The notes beneath the pieces were generated by a model, which ran no database searches, had not been told where the DNA came from, and worked only from the letters and a program-made list of their open reading frames with translations. Source: an uncultured bacterium (GTDB lineage: Bacteria > Verrucomicrobiota > Kiritimatiellia > PWTM01). From it: 64,000 nt of DNA. The position numbers were made by a program, and so were the translations under genes. Of the stretch, positions 10,292 through 21,813 are shown in pieces. The stretch is from contig CALLML010000029.1 in the NCBI GenBank assembly GCA_938005705.1, forward strand, positions 5,705 to 69,704, written 5' to 3'. Position 1 is the first letter of the stretch. The number at the start of each line of letters is the position of its first letter.

Positions 10292-12505
10292 ATGTCCTCC
10301 GTTGCCAAAGTGGTTGTGGATCTCGCGCTAAATCGTGAGTTTGATTATCTCATTCCCTCCGATCTTGTCGGCCAGGTGCGCATTGGCACGCCGGTGCTGG
10401 TGCCGTTTGGGCGCTCGGTCCGGCGCGGATTCGTCGTCGGGCTGGCGGATCACTCGGACTATTCACAGCTCAAGGCCATTCGCGAAGTCATCGGCCGGAA
10501 GGCGTTGATTGAGGAACGGATCACTGAGCTTGCCCGCTGGATCGCGGACTACTATATCGCGCCCCTTGAACTCGCCATGCGCACGGTCTTGCCGGCGGTC
10601 GTCCGGCGTCGGCCTACGGGTTTTGCGCGGCGGCAGACCGTGGCGCTCACGGAACGCGGCGCCGACCGCGCGTTGCTGGAGTCGTTGCGCGCGCGCGCGC
10701 CGAAGCAGGCGGCCGCGCTGGAGGCGCTACGCGTAGCCGCCGAGCTGCCGTTAAGCGTGCTGAAGCGGCGCGCGGGCGTGGGCACCGCGGCCTTGCGCGC
10801 CCTCGAAAGAAAAGGACTCATTCGGCGCAGCGAAACCGAAATTCACCACGTGCCTGACGTCGGCCGTGAAATATTGCCCTCCTCGCCGCCGACGCTGACG
10901 GAGGAGCAGGCGGAGGCGCTGCGGCTTATTCGCTCCGCGGTGGACACACGCGCCCCACCGGTCGTGCTGCTCTTCGGTGTCACCGGCAGCGGCAAAACGG
11001 AAGTGTATCTCCGGGCGATCGCCCATGCGCGCGCGCAAGGCAAAGGGGCGATTGTTCTCGTCCCGGAAATCTCCTTGACGCCTCAAACGGTGGACCGTTT
11101 TCAAAGTCGTTTTGGCGACGAGATCGCGATTCTTCACAGTCATCTTTCCGAAGGTGAACGGCACGACGAGTGGCATCGCATCCATGAGGGCCGTGCCTCG
11201 ATCGTCGTCGGGGCCCGATCCGCTTTATTTGCGCCGATCCGACGGCTCGGGCTGATTGTCGTGGATGAAGAGCACGAGGGAACCTACAAACAGGCGGAGA
11301 CCCCCTGTTACCACGCGCGCGATGTCGCCGTCATGCGCGGCGCGCATGAGCGATGCGCGGTTATATTGGGCTCCGCGACCCCGTCGTTGGAGTCCTACCA
11401 CAACACGAAGATCGGCAAATACGCAATGGCGCGGCTCACGCGGCGGGTGGACCATCGCGAGATGCCGCAGTTGCGCATCGTGGATCTTCGAGCGGAGACC
11501 GAACGCGAGGGACGCCCCCATGTTTTCTCCCGCGAGCTGATTCAAGCGGTGCGCGATCGTCTGGAGCGGGCGGAACAGACGATCCTTTTTCTCAACCGGC
11601 GGGGTTATGCCTCCTCGCTCCTCTGCCCGAAATGCGGTTTTGTGGCACATTGCGCCGACTGCAGCGTGTCGATGACCTATCACAAGCGGGAAGACCGTCT
11701 CCTCTGCCACCTGTGCGGCCATTCGGCGCCGACGCCCAATCGGTGTCCCCAATGCGGCGATCCCGGATTCCGATACACCGGTCTTGGCACGGAGCGCATT
11801 GAGGAGATTCTACGCAAACTCTTTCCGAAAGCGCGGGTGGCGCGGATGGATTCTGATACCATGACGCGGAAGGAATCCTATTGCGAGGTGCTGGGCGATT
11901 TTCGCACCGGCAAGCTCGATATCCTCGTCGGGACGCAGATGATTGCCAAAGGGCTGGACTTTCCGAATGTCACGCTGGTGGGGGTCCTCTATGCTGATCT
12001 CGCGCTCCATCTGCCGGACTTTCGCGCGGGGGAACGGACGTTTCAGATGCTGACACAGGTCGCCGGACGCGCCGGTCGCGGCGACGTCGGTGGCGAAGTG
12101 ATCATCCAGACCTATACGCCGTTTCACCCGGCGATCCAGGCGGTGCGGCGAATGGATCTTGACGGGTTTTATGAGCAGGAACTGGCGTTCCGACGTGAGC
12201 TGGAATATCCGCCGTATACGCGGCTGGCCTGTCTGACGGCGCGTTCGGCGGATGACTCGGCGGCGCTAGATTACATCGGCCGGCTGGCCGAGGCGATGCG
12301 CGCACACGCGGGCGCCGCCGCGAAGGTCTCCGACCCGGCTCCGGCTCCGTTTGCGCGCGTCAAGGGACAGTACCGGTTCCAGACCCTGATCCGGGCACAA
12401 TCGGCGAAGGCCGTCAACAACACTATCCGCCATGCCCTGGCCGCTGTTCGTCGGCCGAGGGCCGTTTCGCTTTCAGTGGACGTGGATGCGCAGGCGCTGC
12501 TGTGA
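10292..12505 (+). CDS. priA: Primosomal protein N' (PriA helicase)
   Basis: Walker A LLFGVTGSGKTEVY. DEEHEG (DExH box). Cys-rich zinc-binding insert CPKCG...CADC...CHLCG...CPQCG. 737 aa. Confidence 0.9.
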   Translation: MSSVAKVVVDLALNREFDYLIPSDLVGQVRIGTPVLVPFGRSVRRGFVVGLADHSDYSQLKAIREVIGRKALIEERITELARWIADYYIAPLELAMRTVLPAVVRRRPTGFARRQTVALTERGADRALLESLRARAPKQAAALEALRVAAELPLSVLKRRAGVGTAALRALERKGLIRRSETEIHHVPDVGREILPSSPPTLTEEQAEALRLIRSAVDTRAPPVVLLFGVTGSGKTEVYLRAIAHARAQGKGAIVLVPEISLTPQTVDRFQSRFGDEIAILHSHLSEGERHDEWHRIHEGRASIVVGARSALFAPIRRLGLIVVDEEHEGTYKQAETPCYHARDVAVMRGAHERCAVILGSATPSLESYHNTKIGKYAMARLTRRVDHREMPQLRIVDLRAETEREGRPHVFSRELIQAVRDRLERAEQTILFLNRRGYASSLLCPKCGFVAHCADCSVSMTYHKREDRLLCHLCGHSAPTPNRCPQCGDPGFRYTGLGTERIEEILRKLFPKARVARMDSDTMTRKESYCEVLGDFRTGKLDILVGTQMIAKGLDFPNVTLVGVLYADLALHLPDFRAGERTFQMLTQVAGRAGRGDVGGEVIIQTYTPFHPAIQAVRRMDLDGFYEQELAFRRELEYPPYTRLACLTARSADDSAALDYIGRLAEAMRAHAGAAAKVSDPAPAPFARVKGQYRFQTLIRAQSAKAVNNTIRHALAAVRRPRAVSLSVDVDAQALL

Positions 12506-12585
12506 GGCGCATAGTGCCGGTCGCTTTCTCGGGCGGCGCAGCAGGGACGCCGGTCTGCCCGTAAGCGGCGTCAGGGGGATTGGGT

Positions 12586-13185
12586 TCAGACACCGGTTTT
12601 GTCGGGGCGTCCGTCCCCACGGATGCGGGCGCACCATGCCGCGCGGGGGACTTCCCGTTCCGCCAGCGTGTCTCGCGCGAGGCCCAAAAGCTCTTCATCC
12701 GGCGTGAATTTCCAAAGTGACTCTCGGAAAAACCGTGCGATGACCTTTCGGGTTTTCTGCATCCGTGCTACCGCGGCATCAATAGAAATGCCCTCGCGAG
12801 CGGCGATCACCACCGCGGCCACATTGCCGCTTCGCCCGCTGCCTCCGCCGCAATGGATGAGCAGTGGAGGATGATCTCGCAGCATCTCGCAAGCCCGCAC
12901 AATCACCAGCCGCGCAAAGCTCGGGCATAACACCTGGCTCGCGCTCGGCTCGGGGGGTCCGAAATAGCCGTCCCAGAACCCGCAATGGGCCCATACGATG
13001 GACGCAGGCAGATGCGCGATGTATTCGAACGCCTCCCGCCCCGCACAGGATACCACATTGAGAATGCCTCTGATGCCGGCGGCCGCGATTTCCGGCACGT
13101 GTTCGGGTCGAGGACAGGCGCCCACCGCCAGGTAGGGCGTGACGAAATGCCCATCATATGAGGGGAACGCCGGCTTTACTTCCAT
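12586..13185 (-). CDS. Protein tyrosine / dual-specificity phosphatase family protein
   Basis: CX5R active-site loop HCGGGSGRSG. Confidence 0.7.
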   Translation of the reverse strand: MEVKPAFPSYDGHFVTPYLAVGACPRPEHVPEIAAAGIRGILNVVSCAGREAFEYIAHLPASIVWAHCGFWDGYFGPPEPSASQVLCPSFARLVIVRACEMLRDHPPLLIHCGGGSGRSGNVAAVVIAAREGISIDAAVARMQKTRKVIARFFRESLWKFTPDEELLGLARDTLAEREVPRAAWCARIRGDGRPDKTGV

Positions 13186-13327
13186 CGAATTCTCCCTGTG
13201 AATCTTTCTGAAACCGGTGTTATTTTGTCTTTTTTTTTCAGGGTGTCAAACTTTGAAGACCATTTACGATTTGCAAAAACACCGGAATCGGATATAGGGC
13301 GTATATGGATCATCGCATCGGCGCGCT

Positions 13328-14803
13328 GTGAAATACGCCATCGTCTCGGATATTCACGCCAATCTGCCGGCCTGGAAGGCCGTGCGGCTGGATATCGCTT
13401 CCCTCGGCGCGGATCGCATCATTTGTCTCGGCGACGTCGTCGGCTACGGACCTAATCCTGCCGAAACCCTCGAGTCGGTTTACGCCGATGTCCATCATTT
13501 CGTGCTCGGCAACCATGAAGCCGTCATTTGCGGCAAAATGGACGAAAACCTATTCAATGAGCGAGCTCGAGAAATTGTCCGCTGGACACGAGATCAGCTC
13601 GGCGCGAATGCGCTGCGCGTGTTTGAAAAGTGGCCTCTGACTGTTCGCGGCGCGGGTTTTCGCTGTGCGCACGGGGATTTCGCCGCCCCTTCCCTGTTCC
13701 CCTACATCATTGATCCAGAGGACGCCGTCGCTTCATGGAAGGCCGTGGGCGAAACCCTGCTCTTCGTCGGCCATTCTCATTGCCCCGGTATCTTTTTGCT
13801 GGGGACCAGCGGTACCCCGCACCGGGTTTCACCGCAGGATGTCGTATTGGAAGACGGCAAACGATTCCTCGTCAATGTCGGTTCCGTTGGCCAATCTCGT
13901 GATGGCGATCCGCGCGCCTCTTATTTTTTGTATGACTCCGACGCACGCGCCCTCTTTTGGCGGCGGATCCCGTATGATGTGGACGCCTACCGCGATGCCG
14001 TCCGTCGGGCCGGTCTGCCGGGCGACCGCGACCCTGTTCTGCAACAGGATCCGCGCCGCGGCGTGTTGCCTCTTCGTCCGATGCTGAGTTTTCGCCCGCC
14101 AACCGATCTTCGGCAAGGCGCCCGCGGGTGTGTCGAAGTCGGCGAAATTGAAACCCTGCGTCGGCGCGTACGGGCATGGCGGGGTGTCGCTTTCACATTG
14201 GCCGCACTGCTTGTGGCCGCCGCCGCAGCCGGAGGAGTTTGGGCTCGGCATCGGCACGCCGAACGGCCCCAATTCCGCGACCGTCGTCCGCCTCTGCCGT
14301 TCATCGCCGCAGACTATCCCGCCGAACACAATCTGATTCCTTTCGGCCCGCAGATGCCGGCAGATGGCGCTCCACCGGATAATTGGGCCGTCAGCCTGGG
14401 CAATCGCCGTCGGCAGACCATACGATGGAAAGCCGAAGAGCCCGACGGACGGATCATTGCGCTCTTTGTTTCCGAAACACCGAATCGTGAACTCTTCTTG
14501 CAGTCGCCCCGCGTCCGCGTTGAACCGGGCCAGCGCCTCACGGTCGAGGCTTTCTTCAGAAAAAAGGAGGGCTGGATCGGGAACGTCGGCCTGGAGATTC
14601 GCCTTCAGCGAGAGACTTCCTCCGGGATGACCATCGTTCCCCATTTTGTCTCTAAGGAACCCAATATGCCCCGACGAGACGGATGGATAGCCGCTCGCGA
14701 GACCTTCAACATTCCTGCTGGAGGGCGTGAGATCGAGCTGCGGGTAGGGGGCCGGTTTGCAGGCGAGGTAGAGGTGGCGCAAATCACGCTCCTCAGAAGA
14801 TGA
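13328..14803 (+). CDS. Calcineurin-like metallophosphoesterase (PPP-type Ser/Thr phosphatase-like) fused to a transmembrane segment and a C-terminal extracytoplasmic domain
   Basis: MKYAIVSDIHAN...GDVVGYGPNP...GNHE...GHSHCP metallophosphatase motifs. Hydrophobic segment VAFTLAALLVAAAAAGGVWA at about residue 285. About 200 further residues of unknown fold. Confidence 0.65.
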   Translation: MKYAIVSDIHANLPAWKAVRLDIASLGADRIICLGDVVGYGPNPAETLESVYADVHHFVLGNHEAVICGKMDENLFNERAREIVRWTRDQLGANALRVFEKWPLTVRGAGFRCAHGDFAAPSLFPYIIDPEDAVASWKAVGETLLFVGHSHCPGIFLLGTSGTPHRVSPQDVVLEDGKRFLVNVGSVGQSRDGDPRASYFLYDSDARALFWRRIPYDVDAYRDAVRRAGLPGDRDPVLQQDPRRGVLPLRPMLSFRPPTDLRQGARGCVEVGEIETLRRRVRAWRGVAFTLAALLVAAAAAGGVWARHRHAERPQFRDRRPPLPFIAADYPAEHNLIPFGPQMPADGAPPDNWAVSLGNRRRQTIRWKAEEPDGRIIALFVSETPNRELFLQSPRVRVEPGQRLTVEAFFRKKEGWIGNVGLEIRLQRETSSGMTIVPHFVSKEPNMPRRDGWIAARETFNIPAGGREIELRVGGRFAGEVEVAQITLLRR

Positions 14804-15693
14804 AAAAGGGCGCCATTCGACGGGGACATGGGCCCCGCGGATTCGTTCCGAACGCCAGGGGCGTCGTTCGATACTCCATCGGCGAAGGGCACGAGGGGGA
14901 CTTGCTATCTTCGCTTGCATCCTCAATCGGCCTGTCGCGGAGGTCGGCCAAACGCTTGCTCGACGAACGGCGAGTGTTCGTCAACGGACGTCGGGTCTGG
15001 ATGGCGCATCATGCGGTTCACGTCGGCGACGCCATCGAAGTGCAGCCACATCAATACGTTGATAATGAGGAGCTTAGGATATTAATCGAAGTGGATCCCT
15101 ATATAGTTGTCGACAAGCCGGCGGGACGAATGACCAATGAGGGCGCGCATGGTGTCGAGGCGTTGTTGCGCCGAATAAAGCATGACGAAGAGTGGAGGGC
15201 GGTACACCGGTTGGATCGCGAGACCAGCGGCTGTCTGCTTTTTGCCCGCACCCCTGAAGCGGCACAACGCATAGTCCCTTTATTTAGAGAGCGTCGGGTG
15301 AAAAAAACCTATTGGGCGCTGGTGTGGGGCGCGTTTCCGAAAAACATTCACCACGTTGCATCCCCCATTGATGGGGATCCGGCATTGACTCATATCCGTA
15401 TTTTGGCATCTAGCCCAGAAGTCAGCCTCTTGGAGGTCCGGATTGAGACGGGCCGGACTCACCAAATCCGGAGGCACCTATTGGAGGCCGGACATCCCAT
15501 CGCCGGCGATCGGGTCTACGGAACATCGCGTTTCCTTGACGAACGAGCGCGCGCCTTGCCCCGCCAAATGCTTCACGCCCGGCGGATTTGCTTTGCTCAT
15601 CCCTACACGGGCGACAGAGTGTCCGCTGAATCGCCTCTTCCCGCCGATTTCAGGGCCGCCCTGACGTTATACGGCCTTCGCATTCCCTTCTGA
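14800..15693 (+). CDS. RluA-family pseudouridine synthase with N-terminal S4 domain (RluD/RluC-like)
   Basis: S4-like RLLDERRVFVNGRRV. Catalytic motif HRLDRETSGCLLFA. HQIRRHL near the C terminus. Confidence 0.75.
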   Translation: MKKGAIRRGHGPRGFVPNARGVVRYSIGEGHEGDLLSSLASSIGLSRRSAKRLLDERRVFVNGRRVWMAHHAVHVGDAIEVQPHQYVDNEELRILIEVDPYIVVDKPAGRMTNEGAHGVEALLRRIKHDEEWRAVHRLDRETSGCLLFARTPEAAQRIVPLFRERRVKKTYWALVWGAFPKNIHHVASPIDGDPALTHIRILASSPEVSLLEVRIETGRTHQIRRHLLEAGHPIAGDRVYGTSRFLDERARALPRQMLHARRICFAHPYTGDRVSAESPLPADFRAALTLYGLRIPF

Positions 15694-15896
15694 TTTCACC
15701 TGAGCCCCAGATCGGCAACCGACTTGCATCTCAGGGGTCAAAAATGACGAAGGCCACTCCAGTGGAAAGACTCCTGCCTTTTAGATCCGCGGGTCCATCG
15801 AGCATGAACGGGCGCATGGAAAAAACGTCGGCCGGTCTTGGGTCCGCGTACCGCCTCTTCCGGGGGGAAATAACCTCTTAGGTCTGTTCCGCTGTT

Positions 15897-17768
15897 TTAT
15901 GGCGACCTTCTGTTCCTGGATCGAATCCACATAGAAAGAATCACGATTTCCGATGGGCCGACGCCAGGAATTCGCGCGGCCTGCCCCAACGTCTTTGGCC
16001 GAATCCTCGTCAGTTTCTCGATGGATTCCCTTCTCAGCTGTTGAATGGATCCATAGTCAAGATCGCCAGGTATCGGAACCGATTCCATGGATTTCATTTT
16101 TTCGACGGATTGCTTTTCAATTTCGATATATCCGCGGTAAAAAATATCTATAAGTGCTTTATTGCGAATGAATTCCTGATATGACTCGGCGGAATCTTCA
16201 TTCTGCAACGGAAGGTCATCGGGGTTTACATGACCTGAGCTTCCGATTTTTCCAATTTCGAACTGAATATCGGACGCGATTTTGCGGTAAAGAGAGATTC
16301 TTTCAGCTTTGACAATTCCGATTCTTTCGGCATGGTTGGCCAAGCGGTAGAATGCGTTGCCTTGTCTCAATTGAAGCCTGAACTCGGCCCTTGAAGTGAA
16401 CATACGATAGGGTTCGTCGACACCCTTCGTGACCAGATCGTCAATAAGGACGCCTATATAGGACTCGTATCTTTGGGGTGTGAATGGGGCTTCCCGTCGG
16501 CAAAAAAAGGCAGCGTTCACGCCGGCGATAAAGCCTTGTGCAGCGGCCTCTTCATATCCCGTGGTTCCGTTCACCTGTCCGGCCATAAACAAGCCTCGAA
16601 CGCCTTTGCATTGGAGCGTTGCGTCGAGCTGGATAGGTTCGAAATAATCGTATTCAATCGCATAGCCAGGACGGATGAAACTGGCTCGTTCAAGGCCGGG
16701 TATGGAACGAATGAATTGAATCTGGATATCTTCCGGCAGGGAGTTGGATGTTCCGTTCGGATAGATCCTGTCGCTGTTCCTTCCCTCCGGTTCGATAAAA
16801 ACATGGTGGGATCCACGCTCGGGAAATTTGACAACCTTGTCTTCAATAGACGGGCAGTATCGTACGCCGATGCCCGATATCAACCCGCCGTATAGAGCGC
16901 TTTCTTTGATATTGGAGAGTATTATTTCATGTGTCTTTGGAGTCGTATGGGTGAGATAGCACGGAATTTGCCCAATACCAGGGGGCCACGGATGAACGTC
17001 GTCAAAACCGGGTCGTTCCACGTGGAACGTCCCGTTCTCGACAAGTCTCCTTTGAATGCGTCTTATACGCAAATCGAATGAGAAAAAGGGCGGAGGATTT
17101 TCCCCTTTCTGTGGAACCATTTTGCTGTAATCGATGCTGTCTTTGTGTATTCTCGGCGGAGTCCCCGTCTTGAGCCTCCCTCCCTTCAATCCAGCCTTCT
17201 TTTTCAGTGCATAGGAAAGTCCTTCGGAGCTCTCTTCTCCGATTCTTCCGCCTTTGACGACGTGTTTGCCTACGAAAATTTTGCCATTTAAATAGGTTCC
17301 GGCGCAAACGACGATCGCATGGGCGGAAACAAATCCTCCAGATTTTAGCCTTGCCCCGGCCACGGAACCGTTTTCAATTTCAATGTCGTCTGCAAGCGAT
17401 TCCACCATCGTGAGGCCGGGCTGTCTGCGCAGCACGGAAAGCATTTTTCTTGGATATTCGTCTTTGTCGCACTGGACTCTTGTCGCATGAACTGCCGGAC
17501 CTTTCCGGGTATTCAAAGTCCGGAACTGGATGCCGGTGGCATCCGCAGTCCTCCCGATCTCCCCCCCCAAGGCGTCTATTTCATACACCATGTGAGATTT
17601 TGCCATGCCTCCGACGGCCGGATTGCACGACATCCTAGCCAATCTGCGGACCGAGAGGGTGACCAAGGCAGTTCGTACGCCCATTCTGGCGGCTGCCAGA
17701 GCTGCTTCGCACCCGGCGTGTCCGCCTCCGATAACCAAGACATCGAAGTCTCTCATTTCCCGATGCAA
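15897..17768 (-). CDS. mnmG: tRNA uridine 5-carboxymethylaminomethyl modification enzyme MnmG (GidA)
   Basis: FAD-binding [23 protein letters not shown]. Conserved MnmG core. 623 aa. Confidence 0.9.
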   Translation of the reverse strand: MHREMRDFDVLVIGGGHAGCEAALAAARMGVRTALVTLSVRRLARMSCNPAVGGMAKSHMVYEIDALGGEIGRTADATGIQFRTLNTRKGPAVHATRVQCDKDEYPRKMLSVLRRQPGLTMVESLADDIEIENGSVAGARLKSGGFVSAHAIVVCAGTYLNGKIFVGKHVVKGGRIGEESSEGLSYALKKKAGLKGGRLKTGTPPRIHKDSIDYSKMVPQKGENPPPFFSFDLRIRRIQRRLVENGTFHVERPGFDDVHPWPPGIGQIPCYLTHTTPKTHEIILSNIKESALYGGLISGIGVRYCPSIEDKVVKFPERGSHHVFIEPEGRNSDRIYPNGTSNSLPEDIQIQFIRSIPGLERASFIRPGYAIEYDYFEPIQLDATLQCKGVRGLFMAGQVNGTTGYEEAAAQGFIAGVNAAFFCRREAPFTPQRYESYIGVLIDDLVTKGVDEPYRMFTSRAEFRLQLRQGNAFYRLANHAERIGIVKAERISLYRKIASDIQFEIGKIGSSGHVNPDDLPLQNEDSAESYQEFIRNKALIDIFYRGYIEIEKQSVEKMKSMESVPIPGDLDYGSIQQLRRESIEKLTRIRPKTLGQAARIPGVGPSEIVILSMWIRSRNRRSP

Positions 17769-19111
17769 AAACGTTTAAAAATTGAGTTCAACAGATCTTC
17801 GTTGGATACCCGACCTGTTATTTGCCCGATACAATTGAGCGCGTTCATCAATTTCGCGCCTGCCGGCGCCTGATATTTCTCATCTTTCGAGACAAGCCAT
17901 TCGGCTTCAGAGAGCAACCGATCAGCGGACCTGAGAAGATTCGCGTGTCTTTCAGAAACCATCGCCTCTACGGGCGCATTGAACTTCGATGCCTTGTCGG
18001 CCAAAAGTTGAAGAATATCTTGTATTCCTTTCCCCTCCTTTGCGGATACCTTCAGAACAGGCACCCCGATATCCGGAACATGGACATCTCCAGCTATATC
18101 GATTTTGTTGAGCACCAGCACGACACGGTCACCGGGTAATTCGGATATCCTCGTGAAATCAGATTCAGAAAGACGCTCAGAACAGTCAATTACGTAAATT
18201 ATTGCGTCAGAAGATATTATATTTTGTCGCGTCCGGCGTATCCCTTCTGATTCAACCTCGCATGCCGGCGTGCGGAGCCCTGCGGTGTCGATTAGTCGAA
18301 CGGTCATGCCGCCCAAAAAAATGGTCTCCTCAATGAAATCTCGGGTTGTGCCGGGCAAATGACTGACTATGGCCCTTTCCCGACCGATCAAAGAGTTGAA
18401 CAGAGTGGACTTTCCCGCGTTCACTGGACCTATGATGACCACCCGTAGGCCGTTCCGAATTACGGCCGCCGCCTTCTCGGCGGCCAGCAATCCGGCTATT
18501 AATCCGCGTGCGGCAGCGATATCGCCTAAAACGACATTTGTATCACTCTCATTATCAATATATTCTGAAAAATCTATGCCTGATTCAATCTGACTGGCCG
18601 CGGAAAGAACCACCCTGTAAATCTCCTCCACCTTTACCCTCAAGCCCCCTTCCAATTGGCGCAGGGCCACTTCAGCGGCCTGGATTGACTGCGCCTGAAC
18701 CAAGTCCAAAATCGCCTCTGCCTGAGTCAAATCCAATTTGCCGTTCTGAAACGCTCGACGGGTAAATTCCCCCGGCTCCGCCGGTCGTGCGCCGGCTGCA
18801 CAGATCGCCGATAGGACCGCGCGCGGCGCCACCATCCCGCCGTGACACTGGATTTCGACAATATCCTCGCCGGTGAAACTGCGTGGAGATCGCATGGAGA
18901 GGAGCAGGGCTTCGTCCAGCAGCTCCTCCTTTTCGGATACCACCCGTCCATAGACGGCAAAACGAGAGGGCCGCTCGGAAGGGGGCGGAGGGCGACATCG
19001 GAAGACACGGTCTGCAATTTCAAGGGCCGCCGGCCCCGATATTCGGATCACCGCAACGCCCGCCGCTCCGGGCGCTGTCGCTATCGCTGCAATGGTATCG
19101 GATTCTGACAT
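17753..19111 (-). CDS. mnmE: tRNA modification GTPase MnmE (TrmE)
   Basis: N-terminal [19 protein letters not shown]-domain [15 protein letters not shown]-terminal CIGK. Confidence 0.9.
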   Translation of the reverse strand: MSESDTIAAIATAPGAAGVAVIRISGPAALEIADRVFRCRPPPPSERPSRFAVYGRVVSEKEELLDEALLLSMRSPRSFTGEDIVEIQCHGGMVAPRAVLSAICAAGARPAEPGEFTRRAFQNGKLDLTQAEAILDLVQAQSIQAAEVALRQLEGGLRVKVEEIYRVVLSAASQIESGIDFSEYIDNESDTNVVLGDIAAARGLIAGLLAAEKAAAVIRNGLRVVIIGPVNAGKSTLFNSLIGRERAIVSHLPGTTRDFIEETIFLGGMTVRLIDTAGLRTPACEVESEGIRRTRQNIISSDAIIYVIDCSERLSESDFTRISELPGDRVVLVLNKIDIAGDVHVPDIGVPVLKVSAKEGKGIQDILQLLADKASKFNAPVEAMVSERHANLLRSADRLLSEAEWLVSKDEKYQAPAGAKLMNALNCIGQITGRVSNEDLLNSIFKRFCIGK

Positions 19112-19189
19112 GCGAGTTCCGGCTTGAAGTTTAATTGAACAAGAAAAGGTGGCGAGCGATCATTTTCATTGTATCGCCGAACGAAATGA

Positions 19190-20425
19190 GTGAAAATGTC
19201 TTTCATGGGTAAAATCCTGCCATTCGGGTGTGGCCGCACGGGCGCACTGGCACTGATATTGTTTGGCGGGCTTTTCGAGGATCGGTGGGCGCCGGCCTCC
19301 GCCATTGCGCAGGAGAATGCCCCGGCGCCGAGCACACCGGCACGTCGAATCCGCCGACGTTACGATGGAAGGGTTCAAGTGCATAATCCGGGCGAAACCG
19401 TCGTTCCGCCGCCCGCCGTTGAAACACAAAAAAACGCGCGCGTGGATCTTCGCATGGACCCAAGCCCCGTGAACTTGTTAAGTCCTTCCACGCCATCGCC
19501 GTCACCCGTGTCGTTCCCGAAACCTGTCCGTTCGCCGCAGCCCCATGAGGAAAAAAAAGACGATCTCTGGATCATCCTGCCGGCCGACATCCTGCTGGGC
19601 GCAAACCTGCAGCACACGAACACCGTTTCGGTCGGTTCCTGGGGATGGCTCGCCGACAGCATCGACAACATCCGGATAGCTCAACGAGGCGAACAGGCAC
19701 GGGTGGATGTGCTGGATACGGATGAGGAAGAAGTCGAAAACGAGAATTCCGCAACCGAACGTCGGGAGGAATGGATCGAGCGCAAGTCGGTCTTGCAGGT
19801 CGTCGCTCCACCGGCACCGTTTGAATTAGGTCCCCGTTTAGAACCCTGGCCGCTTTCCAAGAGTCCTGGAGCCGCTCCGCAGCGGTTTCCGCTGCCTGCG
19901 TTGAGACCCGAAGAACAACCCGAACGCGACGGCCGTCGCGGCGATGAATCGCCAATGCCGTCGGGGCCTTCATCCCCTCCTTCTTTTCCCGGCATTAGCA
20001 GCCGCATTGAGGAAATTGCAGGGGCCCATGGGCCCGCTCCGGCGACGCTGTCTACCGTGAATATCGTTCTCGACGGAATCGGGAAATCTTCCGAAGTATC
20101 CCTGATGCCGCTCGTCCGGACAGTTCCCGGCCATTCGTCGCCGGAGTCCTCGCGGCAGATGATGATTGGATCGCCGGAGAATTACGGACGGCGGGGCGAC
20201 ATTTTTTCGTCTTCGTTTCAAAGCAGTTCGGTCGATCTTCCGGGAGCGCGAATATCCGTCGTGTCCGAGACCATGCCCACCTCTTTCTCTTCGTTTTCCG
20301 GGCCTGCGATGTCGCCGGTGTTGCCGTCATCCGATCGTCCGCGGCCTCTCTTGGACTTTCGAGAAATCATGAGACCGTTCGATCCCGCCGGACGTCCATT
20401 GACCGATTTTGAGCGGCGTCGTTAA
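19190..20425 (+). CDS. Secreted Pro-rich low-complexity hypothetical protein
   Basis: Signal-peptide-like N terminus. Long Pro/Ser-rich tracts. No enzymatic motif. Confidence 0.4.
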   Translation: MKMSFMGKILPFGCGRTGALALILFGGLFEDRWAPASAIAQENAPAPSTPARRIRRRYDGRVQVHNPGETVVPPPAVETQKNARVDLRMDPSPVNLLSPSTPSPSPVSFPKPVRSPQPHEEKKDDLWIILPADILLGANLQHTNTVSVGSWGWLADSIDNIRIAQRGEQARVDVLDTDEEEVENENSATERREEWIERKSVLQVVAPPAPFELGPRLEPWPLSKSPGAAPQRFPLPALRPEEQPERDGRRGDESPMPSGPSSPPSFPGISSRIEEIAGAHGPAPATLSTVNIVLDGIGKSSEVSLMPLVRTVPGHSSPESSRQMMIGSPENYGRRGDIFSSSFQSSSVDLPGARISVVSETMPTSFSSFSGPAMSPVLPSSDRPRPLLDFREIMRPFDPAGRPLTDFERRR

Positions 20426-20520
20426 TCGCTCGCACGCAGGCATATGGTGAATCCGCGCGGGGCTTCCGGCAAGAGGATTATGAGCGTATCACTGGTATAA
20501 AGAAAGGAGGACTTAGTTCG

Positions 20521-21813
20521 ATGATCGAGCGTTACACCCGGCCCGAAATGGGCGCCGTCTGGTCCGAACAGAACAAGTTTCGAATCTGGCTGCGCATCGA
20601 GATTCTCGCATGCGAAGCGATGTGCCGGATAGGCGAGATTCCCGAAAAGGACCTGGAGATCATCCAGCGCCGCGCCACATTTGATGTGGACCGCATCAAC
20701 GAGATTGAGAAAGAAACCCACCATGACGTGATCGCCTTTCTGACGAATGTCGCCGAGAACGTGGGGCCGTCTTCGCGTTTCATTCACCGTGGATTGACCA
20801 GCTCCGACATTCTCGACACAGCGCTGGCGGTTCAGATGGTGGAGGCTGCCGAGCGCCTCATCGCCGGCGCCCGCGCGGTGCGCCGTGCGGCCGCGCGACA
20901 GGCGCGGCGCCATAAATACACGCCGATGATCGGCCGCACCCACGGTGTCCATGCTGAGCCGATCACGTTCGGGCTGAAAATGGCGCTGATGTATGAGGAA
21001 TTCGGCCGCGCCGTGGATCGTCTGGAACGGGCACGGGAGATCGTGCGGGTCGGCAAGCTATCCGGAGCGGTCGGTACGCACGCGCATCTCGATCCGCGGG
21101 TGGAGCGTTATGTCTGCTCGAAACTGGGATTGCGCCCCGCGACTGTTTCCACGCAAATTCTTCAGCGAGACCGCCACGCGGAATATGTGGCAGCTCTCGC
21201 TCTCGTCGGCGCCTCGGTGGAACGTTGGGCCCAGGAATTTCGCCATCTGCAGCGCACGGAGGTTCGGGAAGTCGAGGAGCACTTCGAACGTGGCCAGAAG
21301 GGATCGTCCGCGATGCCGCACAAGCGCAACCCGATCATCGGCGAACGACTCTGCGGCATGGCTCGGCTGCTGCGCGGCTACGCCGTAACGGCCATGGAGA
21401 ACGTGGCGCTGTGGCACGAGCGGGACATTTCCCACTCCTCCGCGGAGCGCGTCTTGCTGCCCGACGCCACCATCGCCCTGGATTACATGCTCGCCAAACT
21501 TGAGACGCTCGTTCGGACGCTGAGCGTGAACCCTCAACGGATGCAGGCGAATCTCGATCTCACCCGCGGCCTTATTCATTCGCAAGAGGTGCTTCTGCGT
21601 CTGACGGAGAAAGGATTCACGCGCGAGGACGCCTACCGAATCGTGCAGCGCCACGCGATGCGCGCCTGGGAGAGCGGAGAGGACTTCCGCGCGCTGCTGG
21701 CCGCCGATCCGGAGATTCGGGCGCGTCTTGAAGAAAAGGATCTAGACGACGCGTTTGACCTGCAGCGGCATTTTCGCGATATTGATCGCACATTCAGAGA
21801 GGTCGGTTTGTGA
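20521..21813 (+). CDS. purB: Adenylosuccinate lyase
   Basis: [16 protein letters not shown] start and fumarate-lyase signature region [11 protein letters not shown]. 430 aa. Confidence 0.9.
   Translation: MIERYTRPEMGAVWSEQNKFRIWLRIEILACEAMCRIGEIPEKDLEIIQRRATFDVDRINEIEKETHHDVIAFLTNVAENVGPSSRFIHRGLTSSDILDTALAVQMVEAAERLIAGARAVRRAAARQARRHKYTPMIGRTHGVHAEPITFGLKMALMYEEFGRAVDRLERAREIVRVGKLSGAVGTHAHLDPRVERYVCSKLGLRPATVSTQILQRDRHAEYVAALALVGASVERWAQEFRHLQRTEVREVEEHFERGQKGSSAMPHKRNPIIGERLCGMARLLRGYAVTAMENVALWHERDISHSSAERVLLPDATIALDYMLAKLETLVRTLSVNPQRMQANLDLTRGLIHSQEVLLRLTEKGFTREDAYRIVQRHAMRAWESGEDFRALLAADPEIRARLEEKDLDDAFDLQRHFRDIDRTFREVGL

Noticed and set aside
9522-10331. 269-aa and 154-aa plus-strand ORFs
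   Set aside because: Overlap the 9181..10053 minus-strand gene and the priA start. Composition is Arg/Ala/Gly-rich without motifs. Likely non-coding frames.
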